64,000 nucleotides of DNA from Bradymonadia bacterium (GTDB taxonomy: Bacteria > Myxococcota_A > Bradymonadia > UBA7976 > UBA1532): NCBI GenBank assembly GCA_046290225.1, contig JBKAGE010000035.1, positions 32,001 to 96,000 of the forward strand, in the 5' to 3' direction. The position numbers and the translations under genes are program-made. Below the pieces are notes generated by a model. The model saw only the letters and a program-made list of their open reading frames with translations, was not told the origin of the DNA and did no database searches. Below, one piece after another: positions 9,443 to 17,966 of this stretch; the first letter of the stretch is position 1; every line of letters starts with the position of its first letter.

Positions 9443-9696
9443 AGCTCTTTGAAGGCAGTCCAGGTCTAGCCATCTGGGCGGCGTTGCGCCGTCCTGGAGA
9501 ATGCTTGGTCATGCCACACGAGGAAGGCTATTTCAGAATGTCTCTGATCCCCGTCGCGCACTACTCGTCGGGGCGTCCTGAGGCAACTCCGCCAATCGCT
9601 GTTACGCACCCGACGAGTAGTGCGCGACGGGGGAGAATTCAGTGAGCCTTCCACGTCCCAGGTCTTGAAGTAGCGATTTGCTGCCCTTCGAGAGCT
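9443..9696 (+). ncRNA. Retron msr-msd-like non-coding RNA (Mx162-like), without adjacent reverse transcriptase
   Basis: Flanking inverted repeat 9443-9458/9681-9696; small stem-loops 9460-9477 and 9478-9492; long hairpin 9522-9652 with perfect 24-bp stem 9549-9572/9609-9632; motifs shared with Mx162 as recalled. Confidence 0.8.
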
Positions 9697-9734
9697 TGCC
9701 CAGCGCCGACTCAATCAGCACATGGGCATTTACG

Positions 9735-9775
9735 AAGCCGCTTTAGAGTTCACACTCCGAAGCGGCTTTTGTGTA
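9735..9775 (+). terminator. Candidate intrinsic terminator after the retron-like RNA
   Basis: AAGCCGCTTT (9735-9744) pairs with GAAGCGGCTT (9759-9768), inner GAGT/ACTC, running into TTTTGTGTATT. Confidence 0.55.
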
Positions 9776-9835
9776 TTACGGCTGCGAACATGCCCACATG
9801 GGCACTCCCAGAACAGCGGCCGGAGATCACCCACC

Positions 9836-10300
9836 ATGCATGACGACGACCAGCAGCTCTGCGCCGGGCCCCCAGAGGGCGAGACCGGTCGAGTGCTCGC
9901 CCTCGACATCGGCGAGCGCACCATGGGCATGGCCATCAGCGACGAGCAGCGCATCATCGCCCAGGGCCTCGACACCATCCGGCGCACTCGCATGGACAAA
10001 GATCTCGCCGCCCTCGCCGAGGTCATCCGTGAGCACGAGATCGTGCGCATCGTCGTCGGATGGCCTCTGCGGCTCAACGGCAAGCCCGGCATTCAGACCC
10101 AGAAGGTGGCCAAAGTGGCAGCCGCCATCGAAGCGCGCTTCGGGTTGCCCATCGACCGATGGGACGAGCGCCTCACCACCGTCGCCGCCCAGCGGGCCCT
10201 CATCGAAGGGAACGTGCGTCGGGAGAAGCGACGGCAGGTGGTGGACAAGGTGGCCGCCACCCTGATCTTGCAGGGCTACCTCGAAAGGCGCAGCACGTGA
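9836..10300 (+). CDS. yqgF: YqgF/RuvX family RNase H-fold nuclease (pre-16S rRNA processing)
   Basis: LALDIGERTMGMAISD, VVGWP, WDERLTT, VDKVAATLILQGYL; GGAG at 9822. Confidence 0.95.
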   Translation: MHDDDQQLCAGPPEGETGRVLALDIGERTMGMAISDEQRIIAQGLDTIRRTRMDKDLAALAEVIREHEIVRIVVGWPLRLNGKPGIQTQKVAKVAAAIEARFGLPIDRWDERLTTVAAQRALIEGNVRREKRRQVVDKVAATLILQGYLERRST

Positions 10301-11292
10301 TGCGCCTCATCAAGCGGCTGATTCTGCTCGCCCTCGTCGGCGGTATCGGCATCGGCGCCTATGGCTATGTGCGAGTCACCAACTACCTCGACACCGCCAT
10401 CGGTGCCGCAGGCACCATCGAGACCGTGAAGATCCCCAAAGGGATCACCTTCAAGCGCGCCGTGGCGCAACTCTCCGAGGCCGGCGTCGTCACCGATCCG
10501 ATGGTCTTCGAGTGGTACGCCCGCATGGTCGAGCAGACCGACGTCAAGGCCGGCACCTACGCCATCGACCTGGGCACCACCCCCCGCGATCTGCTCGAGC
10601 AGCTGGGCAAGGGCGGGCTGATCCCGCAGGTGAAGATCACCGTGCCCGAAGGTCTCAACAAGTGGGAGATCGCCGATCTGCTCAGCGAGAAAGGCCTCGT
10701 GGACCGGGCGAAGTTCCTGCAAAAAATCGACGCAGAGAAGCTCGAAGGCCGTTTGTTTCCGGACACCTACCAAATCAGGAACGATGCCACCCTCGACCAG
10801 ATCGTCGCTCGCCTCACAGGGCGCTTCGACGAGGTCTTCTCTGCCACCATCAAGGGCGAGCTGCCCGAAGGCATCGAGAGTCCCGAGGCGTTGCTGACGC
10901 TCGCCTCCCTCGTGGAGAAAGAAGCCCGGGTCGACGAGGAGCGCCCCATCATCGCCCGGGTGTTTCTGAACCGCATCGCCAAAGGCATGAAGCTGCAGAC
11001 TGATCCGACCTGCGTGTACGGCGCCGAGCTCTACACACAGAAGCCCCACCCCCGGTACTGCAAAGACCCGGCGAATCGCTACAGCACCTATGTCATCGAT
11101 GGTCTGCCGCCCTCACCCATCGCCAACCCTGGCGCTGCAGCCATCAAGGCCGCCATGCACCCTGCAGAAGACGATCGGGCGAAGACGCTGCTCTTCTTCG
11201 TGGCGAAGCAGGATGGCTCAGGCCGCCACGTGTTCACCGCGGACTACAAAGATCACGTGCGGGCGGTGAACCGATACCTGCGGGGCAAGTAG
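10300..11292 (+). CDS. mltG: Endolytic transglycosylase MltG
   Basis: N-terminal TM, ITVPEG, LEGRLFPDTY, LASLVEKE, LQTDPT, GLPPSPIANPG; start overlaps yqgF stop. Confidence 0.95.
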   Translation: MRLIKRLILLALVGGIGIGAYGYVRVTNYLDTAIGAAGTIETVKIPKGITFKRAVAQLSEAGVVTDPMVFEWYARMVEQTDVKAGTYAIDLGTTPRDLLEQLGKGGLIPQVKITVPEGLNKWEIADLLSEKGLVDRAKFLQKIDAEKLEGRLFPDTYQIRNDATLDQIVARLTGRFDEVFSATIKGELPEGIESPEALLTLASLVEKEARVDEERPIIARVFLNRIAKGMKLQTDPTCVYGAELYTQKPHPRYCKDPANRYSTYVIDGLPPSPIANPGAAAIKAAMHPAEDDRAKTLLFFVAKQDGSGRHVFTADYKDHVRAVNRYLRGK

Positions 11293-13961
11293 AGCAGCAC
11301 CAGCAGCCACAAAGCCCAGGGAGAGCCTGCCCCCGTGGCGCTGCACCCACCGGAGCCCCCCGAGAGGCTCTGGGCGTCGATCAAATCAGAGAAGCCATCG
11401 TCGTTGGAGTCGGGGTCGAGGGGATCGAGGCCCAAAGCCAGCTCGTCGGCATCTGAGAGGCCATCACCGTCATCATCCGTATCGAGGCCGTCACACACAC
11501 CGTCACTGTCGGTGTCGATGACGTTGCCTTCGTCATCGACCGTGCACGCATCGGGGATCTCCACCTCCGTGCCGTCGATCACGCCGTCACCGTCAGCATC
11601 TCTGTCGAGGGCATCACACACGCCGTCGCCATCGCTGTCGACGAACTCACCCCCACACGCCGCCTCGAGCTCATCATCGACGCCATTGCCGTCCGCGTCG
11701 TCGTCGAGCGGGTCGCACACGCCGTCGTCGTCGCTGTCGACGAAGGCGCCCCCACAAACCTCAACGAGGCCATCGTCGACGCCGTCACCGTCAGCGTCGT
11801 CGTCGAGGGGATCACACAGACCATCACCGTCGCTGTCGACGAACTCGCCTCCGCATGCGGCTTCAACAGCGTCTTCCACACCGTTGCCGTCCGCGTCGCT
11901 GTCGAATCGATCGCAGGTGCCATCGTTGTCGGTGTCGACGAACACCCCACCACAGGCTTGCTCCACCGAATCGTCGACGCCATTGCCGTCCGCATCGCTG
12001 TCGAGCGGATCACAGGTGCCATCGCCATCGTCATCGAAGAACTCACCCCCGCAGGCCACCTCGATCATGTCGTCGACGCCATCGCCGTCCGCATCTGCAT
12101 CAAGGGGATCGCAGATGCCGTCACGATCTGTGTCCACGATGAAGCCCCCACAGGCAGCGGCGAGATCATCGTCGACACCATCACCATTCGCGTCCTCGTC
12201 GAGGGGATCACAGATGCCGTCACCGTCGAGATCGTTGAAGCCACCACCACACGCCTGCTCCAACGCATCGTCGGTGCCATCGCCATCCGCGTCATCATCG
12301 AGGGCGTCGCACAGACCATCTTCATCGGTGTCGACGAACGCTCCGCCACAGGCAGAGATGAGGGCGTCCTCAGTGCCATCCCCGTCCACATCTGGATCAA
12401 GCGCGTCGCACACCCCATCTTCATCGGTGTCGACCAGCTCGCCCCCACAGGCTTCCACCAGGGCGTCGCTGACGCCATCACCGTCTGCGTCACCATCGAG
12501 GGGATCACACACCCCATCACCATCTGTGTCGACGAACTCGCCCCCACAGGCCGCCGCCACCCCATCATCGACGCCGTCACCGTCAGCGTCGCTGTCGAGC
12601 ACGTCGCACACGCCGTCGTCATCGGCATCTGCAGGGGTGTCGTCGGGTGCCGCAGGATCAGAGCCACAGATGCGCTCCAGCTCGTCGGAGGCGCCGTCTT
12701 GATCACCGTCGAAGGTGATGCACAGCGAAGGCTCGTCCATACAGTTCCAGCCCATCTCGACCGCGCACAGGTTAGAGCAGCCATCGCCTGCATCCAGATC
12801 CCCGTCGTCGCACCGCTCCAGGCCCTCTATGCGGCCGTCACCACAAGCGCTGTCGGACTGCAGCGCCCCGATGTCGCAGAAGGGTGTCGGCCGCGGGGTG
12901 CCGACCTGATCACTGACGATGCGCTCTCCCGTGGCATCGCGACAGTCGCTGGCGCTGCGGGCGGGGCTGTCTGCCCGCAGCGGGTAGCCCCGCACGCCCT
13001 CGATGCTCTCGTACGCCCCGATGCCGATGCTGAAGGTGAGGATGTCGGCCCCGACGGTGGGGCAGTTGGTGGTGGCCAGGAACATGTTCTGGCCCAGAGA
13101 GTCGATCCCGCCCACACAGGCGTCGGGGTTGCCTCCGGTGTAGTTGCCCACCAGGCGCACGGTAGAAGACACCCCAGCAGGGCTCTGGTGCACCAGCGCG
13201 CCGCCATCAGGCCCGGCGGTGTTGCCCACGAAGGTATTGTGGGACACCCGCACCTCCACAGGGCTCGCGGCGTCGGTGAAGATGGCCCCGCCGCCGACAT
13301 CGGCGGCGTTCTCGGAGAATGTGCTGTTGACGACGTGTGTGATGCCCCCGCTGGCGGCGACAGCAGCGCCGTTCGTGGCGCGGTTGCGGCGCAGGGTGGT
13401 GTTGCTGATCTCGAGGCGAGAGAGGCCTCCTGAGATGGCCAGTGCACCGCCCACCTCGGCGCGGTTGCCCACCAGGAAGCAGTCGGTCATACGCACGTTG
13501 CCGTTGTTGACGGCCACAGCGCCGCCGCGATCCGCCCCCTCGGCCCAAGGGTCACCTTGGGTCAGGGTGAGTTGCTCGAAGCTCACCTGGGCGTCATGAA
13601 CCTCCACGATGCGGCTCAAGCCCTCACCGGAGATCGACACACCCGGACCGCCCCGGATCGTCAGCTCGTCCCGAACGTCGAGATCGCCACGCAACGCGTC
13701 ATCATCAGATCCCTGGAGCGCGATGACATAGGTCCCCTCGGAGAGCAGGATTGTGTCGGCGCCCGATCCTGCAGGGCACTCACCTTCGTCGACTCCGATG
13801 GGGGCGTCGGCGTTGGCGGCGATGACGGCCTCTCTCAAAGAGCACATGCCATCCTGGCCGTTGAGCACGTCTGCGGTGGTGGTCACCTCGATGTCCAGGG
13901 CCAGGGCGGCCTGGGGTGCGCACACGGCGCCGAGGAGGATGAAGCGCTTGATCGAAGGCAT
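11253..13961 (-). CDS. CSLREA-domain surface protein with Asp-rich Ca-binding repeats and MYXO-CTERM-like tail
   Basis: Signal peptide, CSLREA, beta-helix region ending CDIGA, CGDG..EG.E.CDDG Cys repeat, 33-aa DxDxDG.CD repeats, GGCS...WALWLLVLL..RRR tail. Confidence 0.85.
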   Translation of the reverse strand: MPSIKRFILLGAVCAPQAALALDIEVTTTADVLNGQDGMCSLREAVIAANADAPIGVDEGECPAGSGADTILLSEGTYVIALQGSDDDALRGDLDVRDELTIRGGPGVSISGEGLSRIVEVHDAQVSFEQLTLTQGDPWAEGADRGGAVAVNNGNVRMTDCFLVGNRAEVGGALAISGGLSRLEISNTTLRRNRATNGAAVAASGGITHVVNSTFSENAADVGGGAIFTDAASPVEVRVSHNTFVGNTAGPDGGALVHQSPAGVSSTVRLVGNYTGGNPDACVGGIDSLGQNMFLATTNCPTVGADILTFSIGIGAYESIEGVRGYPLRADSPARSASDCRDATGERIVSDQVGTPRPTPFCDIGALQSDSACGDGRIEGLERCDDGDLDAGDGCSNLCAVEMGWNCMDEPSLCITFDGDQDGASDELERICGSDPAAPDDTPADADDDGVCDVLDSDADGDGVDDGVAAACGGEFVDTDGDGVCDPLDGDADGDGVSDALVEACGGELVDTDEDGVCDALDPDVDGDGTEDALISACGGAFVDTDEDGLCDALDDDADGDGTDDALEQACGGGFNDLDGDGICDPLDEDANGDGVDDDLAAACGGFIVDTDRDGICDPLDADADGDGVDDMIEVACGGEFFDDDGDGTCDPLDSDADGNGVDDSVEQACGGVFVDTDNDGTCDRFDSDADGNGVEDAVEAACGGEFVDSDGDGLCDPLDDDADGDGVDDGLVEVCGGAFVDSDDDGVCDPLDDDADGNGVDDELEAACGGEFVDSDGDGVCDALDRDADGDGVIDGTEVEIPDACTVDDEGNVIDTDSDGVCDGLDTDDDGDGLSDADELALGLDPLDPDSNDDGFSDLIDAQSLSGGSGGCSATGAGSPWALWLLVLLYLPRRYRFTART

Positions 13962-13993
13962 GGGGCCTCTCCGAGTTCGAAGTCAGGCATCTA

Positions 13994-14154
13994 AGAGCTC
14001 CTAACACAACGGCTCCCATCGCCAGGAATACGATGCACTTCGCGAGAGTCCCGAAGCCATCCTCGACGGGCCATTGGGCTCGCCTGCGGGTGCTTCGGAC
14101 CTCTCACTCGTGCCTCGCGTCCCTGTCTCGGTCCGCCGTTGTGTTAGAACCTCT
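13994..14154. repeat. 161-bp MITE-like structured element, copy 1
   Basis: Terminal inverted repeats AGAGCTCCTAACACAACGGC / GCCGTTGTGTTAGAACCTCT; nested stems; homologous to 17603-17763. Confidence 0.8.
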
Positions 14155-14229
14155 GAATGTTCGAGTGATTGACAGTCCAACCCATTGGCCGGCAGCCTGT
14201 GGTCCACACACATTCGGGCTGGAGTCTAT

Positions 14230-16188
14230 ATGGCTGGCGACGAGATCAACAGACGACGGTTTCTGGTATACGGCGCCGGCGCCCTGAGCGCTCTGGGGCT
14301 CGTAGGTTGTGATGACGACAGCGCAGGGGCCGAAGCGTCCGGCGGCGCTGGTGGTATGGGGGGAGAGACCTCTGGTGGTGCAGGCGGCGCTGGCGGCATG
14401 GGGGGCGAGGTGGCCTCACCGCCCCTCGCCGACACGGGCCCCGCCCTCGCTGACCGGATCCCCCACAACATCACCTTTGCCAGCAGAGATGAGCTCGATC
14501 TCACGCTCAACCTGATCAGTGGCCACCTGCCCGAGGGGCTCTCCGGCCACGCCTTCGTTGTGGCCCCGGTGCCATACGACGACGTCCGGGCCACCAAGCT
14601 CAACGGCGACGGCATGCTCTACCGCTTCGACCTCTCCCCCGAGGGGGTGAAGCTGAAGAGCGCCCTGCTCAAGACCCCCTGCTATTACGCCGACGAGGCC
14701 ACGGCGGGCACCGCCCACGCCTTCCGGAACTCCGCCATCACCCGCAGCAGCCCCGCCCTGGGCTTCCGAAACCAGCTCAACACCGCCCTGGTGAACATGG
14801 ACGACCGCCTGCTGGCCACCTTCGACGCCGGCCGACCGTGGGAGGTCGATCCTGTGTCGTTGCAGCTCGTGGGCCCCGTGGGGGCGATCCCCGAGTGGCG
14901 GGAGTCAGTGCCGGTCCTCGACGGGGTGTTCCCGCTCTTCACCTCGACGGCGCACCCGGTCTACGACCACCACACGAAAGAGCTGCTGCTGGTGAACTAC
15001 GGCTACGGCGCCGGAGGCCAGTACAGCGACGTGATGATCTGGCGAGGCGAAGGCGCAGTGCACAGCTGGACGCTGGTGGACGACGCTGGCGAGCAGCTGG
15101 CCCTCGACCAGCTGCCCCATCAGCTGGCCCTCACGGAGAACCACCTCATCGTGGTGGAGGCGGCCTTCCTCGTCGAGACGGAGCAGGTCTTCAACCCCGA
15201 CGCCCCTGGGCGCCCTCAGAAGCCGTTCTGCAGGCTGCTCATCGTGCCCCGCTCGGCTCTGGTCGAAGGCGTCGAGCAAGTCACCGCCGTGGTGGCGGAG
15301 CTGCCCATGGAGGCCGCCCACCTCACCGCGGACTACCACGAGCCCGACGGCAACATCGTACTGCACGTGGGCCACATCCCCGGCACCGACCCTTCGGAGT
15401 GGCTCCGCACCGACGATGTGCTGGCCCATGGCGGTGATCCGATCCGTGAGGATCTCGTGGGCTGGCTCGTGGCCAGCAGCGACATCGGCACCTTGGGCCG
15501 CCACGTCGTCGACCCCACCACCGGCGCCGTGGTGGATCACACCCTCACCCAGGACGACGAATGGTCCTGGGGGCTCTCACTGCTCACCCACAACAACTTC
15601 CCGGGGTTGCCTCCAGAGGGTCGCCACCAGGACATCTTCTGGGTGGCCGGCGGCCTCACCGCCGAGGCGCTGTCGGCACGGGTGCTCGATCTCTACGCCG
15701 AGCACCCCCACCGCACGATCCCCGTGGCCGATCTGCCCCTTGAAGAGGGCCGCCCGGCCAACCTGCTCCGCCTCGACGTGGAGACGATGGCCATCGCCGA
15801 CACCTATGCCATGCCCGCAGGGCGCGCGCCCATGTCGCCACAGTTCGTGCCCAAGTCGGGTTCGAGCGATCCCCGTGAGGGCTTCTTGCTGTGCATGATG
15901 TCGTCTGATGACGACCAGACTGAAGGTTCGAGCGGCCAGGAGCTCTGGATCTTCGACGCCCAGAACCTCAGCCAGGGGCCCCTGGCCCGGCTGGGCCACA
16001 CCGACATCAACGTGGCGTTCACGCTGCACACCACCTGGCTGCCAACGCTGAAGGCAGCGAGCCGCACGGACCACCCCGTGGCCCGGGACGAGTACATGCC
16101 CCGTATCGAGGCAATCGAAGACGACGCTGAGCGCGCCGAGATCCTGGCTCTGTTCGAAGCTTCGGTGTTCCCCCACTTCGAGGGCTGA
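14230..16188 (+). CDS. Carotenoid oxygenase (RPE65/CCD) family protein, predicted Tat-exported lipoprotein
   Basis: NRRRFL twin-arginine and LVGC lipobox; NGDGM, DAGRPWEVDP; four Fe-ligand His candidates (TAHP, LPHQ, AAHL, TLHT). Confidence 0.85.
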   Translation: MAGDEINRRRFLVYGAGALSALGLVGCDDDSAGAEASGGAGGMGGETSGGAGGAGGMGGEVASPPLADTGPALADRIPHNITFASRDELDLTLNLISGHLPEGLSGHAFVVAPVPYDDVRATKLNGDGMLYRFDLSPEGVKLKSALLKTPCYYADEATAGTAHAFRNSAITRSSPALGFRNQLNTALVNMDDRLLATFDAGRPWEVDPVSLQLVGPVGAIPEWRESVPVLDGVFPLFTSTAHPVYDHHTKELLLVNYGYGAGGQYSDVMIWRGEGAVHSWTLVDDAGEQLALDQLPHQLALTENHLIVVEAAFLVETEQVFNPDAPGRPQKPFCRLLIVPRSALVEGVEQVTAVVAELPMEAAHLTADYHEPDGNIVLHVGHIPGTDPSEWLRTDDVLAHGGDPIREDLVGWLVASSDIGTLGRHVVDPTTGAVVDHTLTQDDEWSWGLSLLTHNNFPGLPPEGRHQDIFWVAGGLTAEALSARVLDLYAEHPHRTIPVADLPLEEGRPANLLRLDVETMAIADTYAMPAGRAPMSPQFVPKSGSSDPREGFLLCMMSSDDDQTEGSSGQELWIFDAQNLSQGPLARLGHTDINVAFTLHTTWLPTLKAASRTDHPVARDEYMPRIEAIEDDAERAEILALFEASVFPHFEG

Positions 16189-16190
16189 GC

Positions 16191-16721
16191 TCACTTTTTG
16201 TGGGCCACCATCACCGCCAGCTGCAGGGGCACGCTGCGATCAGGATCATCAGGGTGATAGATCACCGGCACTTCTGAGTGCGCGGGCAGGCGATCTCGCA
16301 CGCAGCTGCAGATCAGCACCTTGCCTCGGCGCATCTGCCCGTCGGGCCCTGGATACTCGTAGTGCAACACCCCCGTGCGCTCATGAGCAGGCTTGAGCAG
16401 CTCGTGCAACATGACCACGGGCTGTAAATGCCCCAGCCGCCCCTGCACCCGGGGGCCGCACTGCACCAGCTCTGCCCAGCGCTGATAGGCCCTGTTGCCC
16501 CCGATCATCGCCGCAAGGGCACCTGCACCGGCGAGCACACCACCGGCGACGAGTCCGAGGCTCTGGCCTGTGGCGAAGCCGAGGGCCCCGAGGGCCCCAC
16601 CGATGAGCACGCACTCCACGCCCACCCGCACCGCGGCGGGGCGCCATGGTCGATCCCGGCGGGCATCTCTGGCGCTGTACGTACGGGGTGGATCTTCGGA
16701 GAGCTTCTTGCCCGCGCCCAT
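16191..16721 (-). CDS. Two-TM membrane protein (DUF3592-like)
   Basis: Two TM helices then beta region ending VPVIYHPDDPDRS. Confidence 0.55.
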   Translation of the reverse strand: MGAGKKLSEDPPRTYSARDARRDRPWRPAAVRVGVECVLIGGALGALGFATGQSLGLVAGGVLAGAGALAAMIGGNRAYQRWAELVQCGPRVQGRLGHLQPVVMLHELLKPAHERTGVLHYEYPGPDGQMRRGKVLICSCVRDRLPAHSEVPVIYHPDDPDRSVPLQLAVMVAHKK

Positions 16722-16724
16722 CGC

Positions 16725-17033
16725 TCAGCCCTCGTCGGTGGGCTCAGGGTGGATGCGGTCGAGGGTGGCTTCGAGACGATCGAGGGCGCCAGACAGGCCC
16801 TGCACCCGATCGCCGAGACGGGCCACCTCTTCAGTGAGGCCCGCCATATCGGCGCCAGAGGCTGCGCCCACACTCGCCAAGCCCTCGACGACGGCCTCGA
16901 CGGCGGATCGTCCCAGGCGGGCCCTGACATCTGTGCCCCGGACCACCGCCATGAGCACACGGGGATCTCCGGCCACCCGCAGGAGCACGTCGAGGCCCAG
17001 TCGCTTGAGCTTGCCGGAGATGGGGTTGGCCAT
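16725..17033 (-). CDS. Small coiled-coil hypothetical protein
   Basis: Fits operon spacing between flanking genes; heptad C-terminus (LTEEVARLGDRVQGLSGALDRLE). Confidence 0.55.
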   Translation of the reverse strand: MANPISGKLKRLGLDVLLRVAGDPRVLMAVVRGTDVRARLGRSAVEAVVEGLASVGAASGADMAGLTEEVARLGDRVQGLSGALDRLEATLDRIHPEPTDEG

Positions 17034-17035
17034 GG

Positions 17036-17554
17036 CTACTTCAACTTCTTCTTCGACGTCTTCTTGAAGGTCTCGCCGGCCTCGGTGAGCGCTGCGAAGC
17101 GTTGATTGGGCGTGTGACAGTGGCTGCAGTCCACTTTTTGCTCCAAAGAGATCGCCCACATCTGCTTCGAGGTCTCCCCCATGGGGGTGTAGGCGTCGCG
17201 CCCGGCGTGACAATCCTTGCAGGCGACGCCGTGGGTCTTGGAGACGTGCATCATCTGCTGACTCACCAGCTTCAAGCGGGCGTCGGGGTAGCTCTTGAAG
17301 TCTTTGCTGTGACAGTGCTTGCAGGGCCGCTTGAGGGCCTTGGTGAACTGCTTCATCTCGCGGCGGCGCATCTTCGGATCTTCGTTTTCGAACCAGGCCT
17401 CGGCCCGGGCATCCCAGTCTACCCCTTCAATCTCGAGGGGCGTCGTGGGCTTGGGCTCCGCAGGTGGCTGAATCGGATCTGCAGCCATCAGCAGCCCGAG
17501 GGCGAGAAAGCCCATGATCAGCGGGGGCATCCAGCGGGTGAGCGACTTCTTCAT
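17036..17554 (-). CDS. Periplasmic triheme c-type cytochrome
   Basis: Signal peptide; CKHCH, CKDCH, CSHCH. Confidence 0.85.
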   Translation of the reverse strand: MKKSLTRWMPPLIMGFLALGLLMAADPIQPPAEPKPTTPLEIEGVDWDARAEAWFENEDPKMRRREMKQFTKALKRPCKHCHSKDFKSYPDARLKLVSQQMMHVSKTHGVACKDCHAGRDAYTPMGETSKQMWAISLEQKVDCSHCHTPNQRFAALTEAGETFKKTSKKKLK

Positions 17555-17602
17555 CGGCCGGCCTTTACGTGTCTGTTCTGCTCAGATACAGCAGTTTGGC
17601 TT

Positions 17603-17763
17603 TGAGGTCCCAACAAAACAGCTCCCGTCGCCAGGGCCGCGATGCACTTCGCGAGACAGCCAAAACCGTCCTCGACGATGCTTCGGCATCGCCTGCGGGT
17701 GTTTTGGATGTCTCACTTGCACCTCACGACCTTGGCTCGGTCCGCTGTGTTGTTAGGACCTCT
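17603..17763. repeat. 161-bp MITE-like structured element, copy 2
   Basis: TGAGGTCCCAACAAAACAGC / GCTGTGTTGTTAGGACCTCT ends; same length and core as 13994-14154. Confidence 0.8.
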
Positions 17764-17966
17764 TCATCTTGAACCTTTGGGTCTCGAACTCTTGGGAACC
17801 TGCGGCCCACATCGACCATCTCTGGTCATCGGAGATTCATTGCAGGCCCACGTGCACATGAAACAGAGGCCCCGTCGAGGGTTTCTTCCACGTGCCTGTG
17901 CCGTAAGCTTTCGCCCGAGCGCTTTGCCGTAGACCCTGGCAGCCCACACCACTCGAGAGGACCACA

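Noticed and set aside
9522..9652. Long hairpin as 6S RNA or SRP RNA
   Set aside because: No central 6S-type bubble or SRP GGAA loop domain; the flanking repeat and two 5' stem-loops fit a retron layout better.
9466..9714. 82-aa minus-strand ORF
   Set aside because: Lies across the retron-like hairpin; its sequence is explained by the inverted repeats.
17764..17840. CTTGAACC...CCTGCGGC...CGGAGATTC, reminiscent of the 3' part of enterobacterial 6S RNA
   Set aside because: Only short scattered words match; I found no complementary 5' strand and the gene context is not typical.
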